In this document: piece after piece, positions 37,933 through 51,300 of the stretch
How the letters are laid out: every line of letters starts with the position of its first letter
Position numbering within the stretch: the stretch's first letter is position 1
Assembly (NCBI GenBank): GCA_028023455.1
Contig: JAQFVV010000009.1
Span: forward strand, 12,710,001-12,774,000
Source of the DNA: Epiperipatus broadwayi
Taxonomy: Eukaryota > Animalia > Onychophora
DNA length: 64,000 nt
Direction of reading: 5' to 3'
Made by a program: the position numbers and the translations under genes
The notes under the pieces: model-generated
What the model saw: the letters and a program-made list of their open reading frames with translations, nothing else
The model's database searches: none
Told to the model about the DNA's origin: nothing

Positions 37933-38592
37933 AACCATTAAACATCATGTGACCACCATCTCTTATGCTAGCACATAACTGTTATTAAATAGGCAAAACT
38001 CTCCATACAGTAGTGCCACCCTGTGCTAAACAGATTAATCAATGGATGCCAGAAGGCTTGTGCATAAAATCCACATCTAATTTCTACTTATCCAATATCC
38101 CCAGACTAGTTTCTGGCTTGTGACCTTCTTCAGTGAGGAGTCTTGGATCTGAGAGCACTGCACCTTGATCTTAGGATCTAATGCAACCCTCCAGCAGCCA
38201 CCTTTTATCTCTACTTAACTACAAAACTATGAGAATGAAATCAAAAACACAATATTTTCAATCTAAGCTTAATAGCTTAAAATCACAATTGGGTCTGAAC
38301 TCAGTTCAGCACCCATACATTTTGGTGTCTTTGGCTCTTTAACAACCATGAACACCACTAACCTATTATGCAGGATTGGTGTTAAACCACTAAACATCAC
38401 ATGATCATCTCTTATGCTAACACATAACTGTTATTAAACAGGCAAAGCTCAATGACAAAGGCCACAAGCCAGAAACTAATCTGGGGATATTGGATAAATA
38501 GACACTAGATGGGGATTTTATGCACAAGCCTTCTGGCATCCATTGATTACTCTGGTTGGCACTACTGTATGGAGAGTTTTGCCTGTTTAATA
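37933..38592. mobile_element. Retrozyme-like element, family 1, diverged copy: about 1.15 tandem monomers (period 449) plus inverted fragment
   Basis: Homologous to the 456-bp monomer. ctcttatgct at 37960 and 38409. The inverted piece at about 38458-38592 starts mid-ribozyme. Confidence 0.85.
38090..38148 (-). ncRNA. Type-I hammerhead ribozyme, family 1 (intact)
   Basis: AUCCAA-gac-UCCUCA CUGAAGA A GGU-CACAA-GCC A GAAA CUAG UC|UGGGGA-ua-UUGGAU. Confidence 0.85.
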
Positions 38593-39798
38593 TATATTCA
38601 GCATGCAGAATTGTAAATTTATATATATATATAATTTTCAAAGAAATGAATTTATTTCCTCTTTATTTTGTGAAAATTGAAATTTCTAATGTATAAAATC
38701 TAGATGATAATCAGCACTCAAATGAAGGAGCCCAGAGAACAGAGATGGTCATATCAGTTTAGATGTGGCAGATGCTGGTAGGGAAAATAAAAAAAATCAA
38801 CAAGAGAATAGGATAAACAAAAGAGATCAGAAGACCTGCTAAAAAAATTGGAAGAAAGCAATCAGTAGATAAAAAAAAATCAAAAGGGAGCAGAAAAATG
38901 CTGGAATATAACAAAGCATTCATATTAAAACTTGAGAGCTTATGTAGAAAACTATTGTGGGAGAAAAAGATGTCTATAATATCAATTAAATGAATCCAAA
39001 ATCTCCTAGTCCAAAATGGTTTAGTATTACACGCAATAAAAATATTTCAAATTCAGAAAATCATCAATTTAATTACATTGTGCATCTTGGAGTGATAATA
39101 AAATCACATCAACAGACAAACCACCATCAATTTCTGGCTTTTAAACACTCTTTGTACCACATTGCTAAATATCACAACTTCAGTGATTTGGACATGGAAA
39201 ACTAAGTATATGTATTGGAAAATTACATACTAATCTATCCTCCATCTTCACATGACAATAATAAGCTTTTTTAAATATAAACAACAAACAATTAACAAGA
39301 AAATTTAAATACTAGTCACTAGAACAGAAATATTATGACTTCCTACTTAAACTAAACATGGAAGCATTACTGCTTTAACATTTCTTTCATTATAAAAGGA
39401 ACTGCATTAATGTTGATGATGTATGCAGGCTTTGCAAAAAAGAAACTCAAGTCAAATATTTTTTTCTTGTCCTACATTAGATAGTATTTGTGATGGAATT
39501 CCAAATTTATTCAAAAATAGAATGTATACTATACAAACATTCCTTCAATCCTATGTGAAAAATAACTTTGCACACATTAGAGTCAGTATATTTATACTAT
39601 TCTCAATATGGTTTACCAAATGCATATTTACATATAATACAAACACAAGAAGGCATCCAAATATCTTTTGGAACAAAGTAGAAATAATAAGGTTAAGAGA
39701 TGAAAAAATTTCATCAACAAACATCCACATCCACATTGTCACTAATGCGAATAGACTCAAGCCTATAAAGGTGAGGAAAAGTTGGACAAAGAAATAGG

Positions 39799-40630
39799 TT
39801 GTCATCAATTAGCCCCCACACACCACCTGATATCACTGTTTCCTGTGGTTCGTGGTACTATTGCACACTTCACAGGTTGCTACAGTATGATGTAAGGGTG
39901 TGTAGAGTTCAAGTTGTCCTAAGTCTTTGCATGTGCATTCAAAGTACTTATTTTTTATACGACCTGATGTAGTTTTAGATAGTATTAATTGTAAGACAAA
40001 ATATGCACTTTCTTACACATATTTTTAAGCTTAAACGAATTTCAAAAGTGTATGGTCCAGCATTATATAGAAATCACATATAAAACATATTTTGCACAGG
40101 GACAGTTACAAGACTTTCAAAGCATAAGCTTGGCTTGGTCAAAGGGGAATTTTCAAATCGAATTGTGTTTTGTAAATTGTTTTAAAATAGTGTTTAATTT
40201 TTTTTTTTGATCAGATGTTAATTGAAAAAAGGAAATTTTATTAAATAATTTTGTTTTTAAAAATGTTGTGTATGTTGTGACTGATGATCCTTCAGATCAA
40301 CAAAACCATCGGATCCCTCTCCCTATCAATTCCAGCACTATGTACTGAGATGGATGTTTTAAAAATTGTCTCACATGTGATGGATGATCCTTCGAATCGG
40401 CAAAGACATCAGACCCCCCCTGCAAATTCCAGCAGCGCTATGCACTAACACGTAATAGTATATAAAAAAGTAAATCAGACCCCCCTCCCTGCAAATTCCA
40501 GCAGTGCTACGCGCTAACATGTAGTAGTATATAAAAAAGTAAATTGTAAATCAGCCTGGTAACGTTATATCTATTGGTTTTTGACTAGCAACAGCGACAT
40601 CAGGCGGGCGCGGGGGCTAATCAACGATAA
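39799..40630. mobile_element. Non-autonomous TIR element with about 41-bp TIRs and internal tandem repeats
   Basis: Left ttgtcatcaattagcccccacacaccacctgatatcactgtt versus right (reverse complement) ttatcgttgattagcccccgcgcccgcctgatgtcgctgtt. Internal repeats ccctgcaaattccagcag...gtatataaaaaagtaaat at 40410-40545. Confidence 0.7.
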
Positions 40631-40999
40631 GCAAGAAATCTAATAAAAACTTAATTACATAAAACAATCACATTGTAAAAGACAGAGTTGAAAAATGGTC
40701 CCTTGACATTCTTTAGTGTTGGACAATAATATATATATATATTTGATCTCTTTGTTATTAATATTTCTAAGGGTAAAGGTATATATTTTTTTTGTATAAA
40801 TTTGTTCCCGCCCCCCACAATTCTTCATGTAAATGTCAAGTTGTCATGATGATATATGTAATGGTATTCTTGGTTTTTTAAAAATTGTTTAAAGTTCATT
40901 TTGAAATTAAGAAAATAGAATAAAGTAAGCAACAAAAAAGATATTTAAAAAAGGACAGAATTAGTCAGATACTAAAAAATAAAAGAAAGCAATTAATAA

Positions 41000-42000
41000 A
41001 AAGAAATGCTGCTAAAGAAAAATAGCAGACAACCAAAATATGTTAAGATAAAATATTAATCAGAGAAGATAATAATAAAATAATGACAGTGTTTAGGAAG
41101 ATATCTAGAATATAATGAGAAATGGGGGAGGATAAGAAGTAGTAGGACAAAAAATACACTTGTCACAAACAGAGTATAATCTGAAAGGAAGTTAAAAGAA
41201 TAGATCAAATAATGGAGGATGGACAACTGGAATTTACAAGATAAGAATAACAAGAAGGAATTGGTAGAATAATTTGAAGAGTGAAAAAATAATTAATAAG
41301 ACAAGTGCAGGATCTACTATCAAGGATTACACAACTGAGGAATAAAGAATTTGAAAAATATAAACACAGAAGTGAAAGCAATTACTAAGATGAAAAGTGA
41401 GTTTAAGTATGTGAAAAGGCTACATGACAAGGTGTTAAAAAGAATAAAATTAAAGAAATTCAGAAGCACAGCCAATGGAAATTAGTGAGGGATATAAGAA
41501 TACAAATTTCAGAACATGAGCTATATTAAGATGATGTAAATAGATTCATTGAAATAAAGCAAGTTAAATGATGCAGGAAAAACATCTTGACAGTTTAGAT
41601 AGATCTAGTGCCTTGGAACTTTGTAGATTCATTATTGTTGAATAATGACTCTTCATTATTGGCTGTGGTTATCATCCAAGGATCAGAAAATTACCAATGA
41701 AAGCATTATCATACAAGCCAGAAATTCCAATAATATAAGGAAAGTATGTTGCTTGAATACTGGACCAAGTAGCATCAAGATGGTATACAATATAAAGTAT
41801 CACAAGAGATACAGAATAAGTATAATAGAGATCTAAATCCAGTTTTTTCAATAGCAGATAGTCAAATAATTATTAGATATAATTTGCCATAGAAGATGAA
41901 TCAAATGATTATGTGTGCAGACAGAATTATTGAGCAGATAGCAAAATTTCTTAGATACAAGTGTAACAGTAGCTGGGTTCAAACCCTGTTACAAAAGGAA
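41000..42000 (+). mobile_element. Possible highly degenerate LINE RT relic
   Basis: Purine-rich strand with weak RT-like fragments (DLNPVFF, similar to LSPVLFN, near 41830). No intact motif. Confidence 0.3.
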
Positions 42001-43659
42001 AGAAAATGTAGATTTTAGACATTTTTTTATATTATTATGCTATAATTATTTTGGAAAAGTTGCACAGACAAATGCACATGTATTTTCTGGAATGAGGGAT
42101 TTAGGTATAGATTTGAAGTGGCATACGTGTATATAGGTAAATATTGTTGTTGAAAACAAGAAAATAAAAATTTAAAAGATTATAAAGCGTGTAAAAAAAA
42201 AAAGTTTCTTTTACAAAGATAACTTCCCGAATTAATTAGACAAACGTATCTCATTGTTCAAAAAAGAAAAAAAACAGAATCTAACTACTTGAATGGATAT
42301 CTCATTTTTTTTTAATTAAACAGATTTTGTAGAAATAATTTTTAAGAGAAATGAATATGGAATGCCCCATTATTTATTGAACTCTTTTTGATTTCTTTTG
42401 TTTAATTAAAGTCGATGAAAAGATTTATAATTAAAAAGTTTTAAGAATTTAAAAAAAGAATTAGATAAGTAAAAGTCGAGATTGCTAAGTGGTTTTTCTT
42501 TTGTTGACATTTTATAAAAAAATCTATTTTTGAAAACAAAGGAATACCAGAGATAAGGAGGAAGGAAACTTGGATTATTAATTAATTTTAAGAAAAACGG
42601 ACAGTTGACATTTGCTGGTCTGACGGGGAAGAAGAGCAGGCATTATAAAATATATTGAAGAAAATTTAGTAAGAGATTTTAATAAATTAGCTGCAAAGCA
42701 GAAAGATGGGGAATAAACTGTGTGAACTGAAATAATTATGAGACCTCATGGATTGCATGGGGTAAAATCACCATTGTGCGGGGTCGATGTTAGGACTCTA
42801 GCCCTTTACCTATCCCATGTAAATATGTACCTCCATCAACATCTCCAATTGCACTTCAGAACCACAACTATTTGAATTTGGTGCAGATCGTCCGCCAATC
42901 CGGAATTTATCCAAAAGGAAAAGTAGAATAAATATGCTACGTTAGAGGGACTAAAGGATTGAAATATTAAGTAGAAGAGATGGATGCCATATTTTGCCTA
43001 TGCTAAATCCCAGGATTAAATTACGAGTGCACTTGGAAACATATATGCAGGTTCTACAGACTCTGTAATACCGGTAAATATACACATATTATATCATTTT
43101 AACCCATAAATCTAATCCAACTTAACTGTGTGATTATCTAGTGATAAACATGTATTATTTAGTATTTTTTTGTGTTATTTTTTTTTTTTAAATTGTAATT
43201 CATTAAAAATATTTATCGTATATATGAGTGTGCCATTTATTGTTTTTCTTAGAGTAAATATTAGTGAATCTGAAATTAAATTGTTAATTTGTTTCGATAC
43301 ACATTATATAATTTATATATATATATATTCCAAAATCAGATACTCATGTGTGCTAATGTGCATCCAATAATAAGTTAAAGCAAAGCAGGTTAGATAGAAA
43401 GGTGTGTGAGGATTTTAAGGTTTATTTTAGACTTTAATGGGAAAATAGAAATTTATAGAAAAGATTCAATTTGAAAGTTCGTTCACCTTTCGTTTCTTCT
43501 TCAGCACAATGCGCTACCACACCCTGAGCATTAAGACAGGCATCGAGTTAAATTGCTGAGTCAAACAAATATTTAATAGGTCCTACAATTCTTGTTAAAT
43601 AGCAAGATTGGCGCTTGGCAATGAACAAAAAAAAATACATTGTCCATAAACATAGAGAT

Positions 43660-44340
43660 CTAATTAGAGGTTAAGTTAAAGCTGGGAGGGTTCGATACAA
43701 TTACCTTATATACGTGTGTTTTGCGGTCAGCTTCTTCTCTAACTCCTTTTGAATGACCCGAAGTTCGGGAAAACTTCGTCAGAGGGGTGAATGACTCAAT
43801 TTTATGGGAAAACTTCATAAAGGAAGGGCTATCAATAAGGCACATGTCACCATATAAATTCACCCTCAGAAAAAAAGAATAAATGTAAATTTTGGTTTGA
43901 TAAGGATGAATGTTTGACGTCAGATGATTTAAAAGTTAAAAACGTACACGACAAAGAGTCACAAAATGTTTCACAAGTCAATAAATGCAATAAGGTATAA
44001 GGGATTTTGGCTTCAACTTTAAAAATAAAGAATTCCTAGAATGAGATAAGGCCAATATCAGTAGTATAGCTTTTAAAAGTAATACTAGATATAACTTATG
44101 AGAAGAAAAGGCTTAATTTAATGGCTCAAAAAGAGAACAGAATAAGTCAGAGGACTTGTAATGGGGACAACCTGAACAAGAGTTCATCACTGCCCCAGCA
44201 CTATTTAAATAAAGATAATCAGTGAGATTGAAGAACAAGATCGAGTTATTCATCCACACACACAAAAAGATTTAGAAACAATTTCAAGATTTATATTAAG
44301 GTCCCTACACTATTGTTCAGCAATGTAAAAAAGTGCCTTC
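43660..44340 (+). mobile_element. Heavily deleted Ty3/Gypsy LTR-retrotransposon relic
   Basis: Motifs in the expected order: gag-like NFVRGVNDSILWE (about 43770), RT-connection WGQPEQEF/ITAPAL (44162), integrase-like IHPHTQKDLET (44248) and GPYTIV (44300). Confidence 0.5.
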
Positions 44341-46564
44341 CTTAGATGAGAGGTGCAGAGAATACCAACAATGCCAAAATCTTTTCCAGAAAAATATTAG
44401 TAATGAACTTATACTTTAACTTGAAAGGAAACTAGTCTTTATACATGCACTATAGAATTGACACAAACTCCCCTGCCAACAAGCGTTATAATCAACTTTT
44501 ATTAACTGTGTCTACATTAGGGCTATTCTATAAACAAATCAACTTTTATTAACTGCCTACATTAGGCTTAAAGTGATTATGAGTAATTGGCAAATTACTT
44601 GGAAAAGTTTAGTACAGGGAAGAGAAAAATTGCCATTTTAATTACCTGTGACCCTGATTCTTATTAATTTGAATATATGTAATAATTAAGAATATAACAA
44701 TTATATATATATATGTAATATTGTGGAACAAAATGTGTAAATGAATAGAAAAGTAATCCAGATGAGATAGTCTCATCTGGGTCACTTTATTTCCATCTAG
44801 CAGTTGGGGAGGGGATGATGGTAGTGGAAGGGCTTGAGTATTTTTCTTCTCCTGTTAGCTGCAAGATAACTTGTAAAATGGGAATTTAGCAAGATTAAAC
44901 ATAGTAAAAGATTTACGTAGATGAAATGATCATATGACAAATTTAAAACGTCAAGTTTTCTTTTTATTGGGCATAATTGGGAAATGAAACAAAAAGGGAT
45001 ATTTTTTATTCTTCTTGTGTGCTTTCATTTATTTATTGTTTTGAAAAAGAAAAAGGGATTAAGATCTTTAAATGTTTATATAGAAATTAAGATCTGTAAA
45101 AGTTGCTTATCAATTAATTAAAAAACAAAAAATTAAAATCTATAAAAATGGTTTATCAACAAATTAAAAAAAAAAGGAGAGGAATCTTTTCCTCTGGAGA
45201 AGGGCTGTTTTCCAAATTAGTGTATAAATAATTTTTTTTTTTGAAAAAAAAAATCGTTTTTGTATAAAGAAAATCAATTGACCAAGGCTTAATGTAGAAA
45301 TTTCTGAGATAATTATGATTTAATGGAAGACTGTTACCATAGTTGTTTTTTAAAAAGAGTGTAGGTTAGTGATTTCACTCTTAACTTTTCAATTTAGCAG
45401 GATGTCAGAATTTCGACTTTTGATCAATTCGCTTGGTGAATTTTTTTGTATTATACATTAACGTGTAAAACAGTATATTTTATTATAAATTATTGCTGAA
45501 AAATTTGTGATAGAAGGCAGGAAATTCAAAATTCCCACTCTTACAAAAGACATAAGCCCCACCCTCACATGTTCAGCCATTGTCTGTAAAATGTTCTACA
45601 TTTTATGATTGTTTAAAGTAAATAGTTCCAATGACCAAAAGCTTGTTTATTTGTGAATTTATTACGGTTTTAGATATTTAAAAAAAAATAATTTACACTA
45701 TATTTATTAGATATCAAGAAATATAAATTAATAAATTATTTTGACTTTAAATACTTTATTTTCAAAAATATGTTATATTAACAGCAAATCTAAACATAAC
45801 CTGAAGCAATTTACAAGCATAGTTTCTACGTAAGCAATTTATTTATATTTACGAGTATGAAATATCGCAATTTTGCAATAAATATTCAAAAAATGTAAAC
45901 TTTTAAAAGATGATTTGTTAGATATAAGAGAAATAATTATTTGTTTGGATGTTTAAAAATAATAAGAATTAAGAAATATTTCATTGATTTTATAAAATAA
46001 AAATAATCTTTTTAGAAACGATGTCTAAACTCTTTGTTTTGTTTACGATCTCATTTTTTTAATATTTACAGAAACAAAATTTGAACATTTAAAATTTATT
46101 TTAGTAGTAAACAAAAATATCTATTAAATGATGTCAAATTTACTATTTTCAGATAAGTAATAAATCATTTTATCATATATTTTATGTTGATGTGTAAGAC
46201 AAAGAAAAAATATTAGAAAATGCACATCTTGAAAGAGTTAATTTTTTTTGCTAATATGTAGAATAGTATAGAGTTTACAAGAATTATATGCTAAGCTTTT
46301 GCTAAAAGCTGAACATTACTGACCAAGGAATATAGAAGGAAATACCTCTAAAACTTTCAACAAACCCTAGGTATTGATCCATCCAAAATCATGACTATAT
46401 CAACCTGTTAATCTGAAAATTTGAGAAAGCCATAAAAAGTAGTAGACTCAAAAGATTGACTAAACCTCTATCTGTAAAAATTACTAGAAAACTAAAATAA
46501 ATAAAAAATCCATGGTAAAATGAGGTATTATTAAAGTATTTATATTGAATATTTTTTTTTTGTT

Positions 46565-48347
46565 GTTTTCTCATCCCTGGTGTTCAACATGGGATGGCGT
46601 TGATGCTAATCAAAAACATATACATATAACGATTCCAGGCCGGACCTAAATGATCGATTTGATTTAAAAAGATGATTTCTTAGATTTGTAATAAAATATT
46701 CTACTAATAGTATTATATGATGTTAGTTTTTTTTATTTTTGTAAATGTTTATTAATCTTATATTGTTTTTGAGTTTGTGTGTATGTGTCTTTAAAGTTAC
46801 GGTGTTTTTCTAATTTTTTTTGGACTTTATGTGTTTTTTTTTTGCAAGAGTAAATCAATAATTTTATTTAAAAGCAAAACGTAATAAATCAATGTTTATT
46901 AATCTTATCTTGTTTTTGAGTTTGTGTGTCTTTAAAGTTACGGGGCTTTTTCTAATTTTTTTTTGGACTTTATGTGTCTTTTTAAAGTTACGGTATTTTT
47001 TTTGCAAGAGTAAATCAATAATTTGATTCAAAAGCAATTCATAATAAGTCAATGTTTCTTAATCTTAGATTGTTTTTTAGTTTCTGTGTGTCTTTAAAGT
47101 TACGGGGCTTTTTCTCATTTTTTTCGACTTTATGTGTCTTTTTTTAAAGTTACGGTATTTTTGGTCGAGTAAATCAATCATTTTATTAAAAAAGCAATAT
47201 GTAATTCTAAATCTATCAAAAGTAACGTAATTTATATACTACAATTTAGAATTGATACCCGACTACTACTAGTAAGGCCTGTCATTGAAAGACTCAATTG
47301 AAAAATGATACCCGACTAATTTGCTTTCTTTTTTGGGGGGGCAGTAATGAATCCGAAAGTGGGTTGTTTTTGTTAAGCCTGTCTATATAAAAAGGGTACC
47401 ATTATTGAAATACTAAATTTAAAAATGATAGCCAACTACTTTACATTTCTTTTGACAGTAATTAATCAGGAAGTGGGTTTCTTTTTTTTGGTAAATCTTG
47501 TGTGTATATATATAAAAACCGTAATTCAAATACTCCATTGAAAAAATCAAACCCCGTTGAATTTGTTTTTTTTTTTTAAGACAGTAATTAATCAGGAACT
47601 GGGTTGTTTTTATTAGTGTGTAGATATAAAAACTAATCTTATTTTGAAATAATAAATGTCAAAAAAAAAAAAAAAAATACCAGACTAATTTTCTTTTTCG
47701 GACAAGTAATTACTAATAATTAGATACTGGGTTGTTTTTGTTTGTGCGTATATATATAGCAAAAGTAACTGGTCACGGACGAATTCTCGTGAAAATGGTA
47801 CTTTTCGCGTGATCCTTCAAATTTTTTCTGTGCCGCATTCTTAAAAGCAATTTTTGAGGGGTACCCATTCGTAATGAAATCTTCAGGACATTATTACTAA
47901 ACTTACAACAGTAAAGTAAGTTACAACACATTAAAAAAAATAGTCGTCTTATCAAATTTTAAAAAACTACAACTGCTTCAAATACACACACTCTCATACG
48001 AAACTACAGAGAAAATAGATATTCTACTATTATGAGAAAATAATGAACAAAATCAACTACTACGGCAGCCAATCAAGGCATTTCTTTCTCTTTGCTTTTA
48101 CCATAGAAAAAAAGCCATAACCAGCAGCCGTCTGGAACTCTTTCTGTTTTATCATAGAAAGAAGTCTCTTTGTGTTGGCTTCTGTCGCCGTCACCGCCTC
48201 TGTCCAACATAACGTGAGGACTCTTTTCTGCATTTATAATGTAGAAAATTTCCTCTTTTGTTGGGTGAATGCCGGTGAAATGGTATATTTCTAGGAATTG
48301 ACCTAGAAATAGCGACATCTCGAGGCGAACACCAGGGATGAGAAAAC
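46565..48347. mobile_element. 1.78-kb element with perfect 21-bp terminal inverted repeats and internal tandem-repeat blocks
   Basis: GTTTTCTCATCCCTGGTGTTC at 46565-46585 and its exact reverse complement at 48327-48347. T-runs on both flanks. Five tttaaagttacgg motifs (46789-47155). Four about 120-bp units (47344, 47458, 47584, 47706). A 10-bp hairpin at 48286-48311. Confidence 0.75.
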
Positions 48348-51300
48348 CTTTTTTTTTTATTAGATTAAAATTGTGGGACATTCACAATTTCAAAAGAAAA
48401 AGGGGAGATTCAAGTTAAATTCTATTTTTTTTTTTTATTGTGAAATATTTTTTTGGAGTTGATTATTGTAATGAAATAACTCATTTAGATTATTAGTTAA
48501 AAAGAATTAGAAGAGCATACTAATTGTTATATAGAATTACATATAGGATTGATCAATATATATTGAAATATAGTGTATATACTTAAGCTAGATTTAATCA
48601 ATATGTAATATTTTGGGTTTGTCATTTCATTGCCTAAATTTTTTATTGTTTATATGTTAACTTTATTAAGTAATTGCTTTAAAAATAAGTTTTTGAGCCT
48701 TTATTCTTCTAGCTGTCTGTTCTGTGATTTACCAGTGCATTTAAATGAATTCATCATAGTATTGTGCTATAAGAGATTTCTAAGTTACACCAGTGATATT
48801 ATTTATTAATAGAATGTGTATACTTATTTTGTTTCTTGGGTCCTTTTGATCCCAAAACTAGTTCAGACATATACATATGATTATATATTTATATGAGTGT
48901 GCGTGGACATCCAGATGCTTTTTTATGATCATTTGCATGGTGCAAAGATCAACTTCATAGATTAATTTGATAGCTAGTAGTCAGCATACTGGATGGTCCA
49001 ACACATTGGTGATCAATATTTATATATTGATCCTAGGATTTTTGACATATTTAATTAGTTATTTTAGCACTTTAAGTGTATGCATGTAATTGGAAGTTTT
49101 TTTCTTATCTGTAAGTTTGTCATTGGTTAGATGAGGACTAGTCTAGATTTTATTTTATGTATTTTTTTTAAAATCCATTCATGATAGATGATTGTTGATT
49201 CTCAATGATTGTTTTGGTCATGCTATCATGTTTACCACTTATCTGTTGTTTAAATATTTACTTTCAATATTGATTTTGCTCATGGTCATTGATTGTGATG
49301 TTTGGAGATGATGATTGATATTCCATCTAGTTATCCATCTAACATACCATTCATTACAATATTAATGTCAAACCATCATTTACATCATAATGCATATTTA
49401 ATCCCAAACATTGTTTAAATATTCTATTAAATTATAATTTTAATATTTCTAAACAATTAATCGCTATTTTAATATCCTTGTTTTTATCTTTAATATACAT
49501 CCTTACAATCAAATAATTTTTTTTGCATCAACATTTAAGCACATATTATTAATATTCTCCATTTTAATTAAAAATTCACACATATAATCATTATGTGTTA
49601 TGATTACAATTATTGGCCTAAGTGGTTATGTTTATTTTATGCATTTTTGCTGTCCAAGTCTAATTTTGACTATTATTTTTACTAATTTTAATAAAGCATT
49701 TTTCTTCTAATAATTTGTTCATTTTACCATTATACATTTTATTTTTCATTGTTATACTTAGATTTTATCTGCCTTTAAAAATTTTAATTCCTTATATTTA
49801 TTCTTAAATTCCAATAAGATTTTTATTTCTTACTAGTTTAAGTTATTATTCTTCTCTTTTATAATAACTCATTTTAAATTTTAATTTATTTAGAATGATA
49901 TCTTTTGTTTTTAAATTATGCAATTCTAATTTTGTCTTTATCTCTATTTTTCCTTTCTTATTAATATTTATGCTAAATATATATTTTAAATCTTTATTTA
50001 ATATAATCATTTTTTCATCAAATTTATCTTGTAAGTTGATTACAAATGTATTTTCATTTATAACTTAATCTCCTTTTTATCTATTAATTTTTTTATTATT
50101 ATACATTTTCGTAGTCACAGGTTTCTTTTTTGCAAATAAATTTTTTTATTAGTTTTTCTTCATTCAAAGTAATAATTATTCTTATTACAAATATTTCTTA
50201 ATATATCCAAAACTTCATTTTTTCTTTATATAATCCATTAATTGTTTTTTTTTAACAGTTTTCTTTCAAAAAGTTAGGTATAATTTCTATTTGTTAGTCC
50301 ATCTATTACTTTCCTTTATTTTATAGCTTAAATATACATCCCATATTTATATAAATGTTTAAACTATATCTAACCAGATTCATTTTTATATTATTATAAT
50401 TCATCCCTTATTTCCTATAGTCTCTTCTTTATTTTTATCTTTTTCAAATTTTCGTTCTTTCTTTACATATTCTGGTTTTCCATTCTTTCCAGATCACCAC
50501 TGCTTACTTTTTAATACTTCCAAATAAGAATACTATTTTAATTTAAAACTCCGAAATTCAATTCTTTTTCAAATTTAATTTGGTTTTTATAACTAATTCA
50601 TATCATTTCTTAATTGATTTTTTCTTTTTAAATATTTTATTTTGATTGAATTCACATAAATAAATATTTAGTATTTTCCTTCATTTGTATCATTTTCATA
50701 TGATCATTGTCAAGACAATTTAAAATTCACTAAATTGAAGTTAATGAATAATCCATCCTGTATATAAATTATAAAATAAAAATCAGACATACTTTTTCTA
50801 TGTTAAGCTATAAACCCACACTTACTTATATCTTTCCTGTTCTTTTAATTTATATTCTTAAGTTTAACATATCTAATTGTCAATTCTTATTTATACCACC
50901 AGAAAGAATAAATATTAAATTAATTACAAATGTGAACTTGTTAAAATAATCTAACCATTTCTCTTCCATTTGCTTTATTAAAAACAGTTACCTCTCTTTC
51001 AATAAACAAGACTTCCTTTATCATTTTTTTCTTGATAAGATTATGGCATTTTCAATCATCGTGATGTCATAATTAAAACTAAATTTTTTTAAAACTTACA
51101 AGAAGTAAAATGAACCAAAACAATGGACCATCAAAATATTATAAGACTAGGCGAAATATAAATTAAAATTGATGAAAATATTGCTGGATATTTAAATTTT
51201 TTTGAAAATGTATGTACTATGAGTTATAATTTTTTTTTTGCAATTATGTACTGCCAGAAAAGTATTTAAAAATTATAATTATACAAATATTTTTGAAAGA

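Noticed and set aside
48073-48381. ORF containing DGCWLW, reminiscent of His-Me/HNH nucleases
   Set aside because: None of the downstream His/Cys/Asn catalytic residues follow in any frame I could read.
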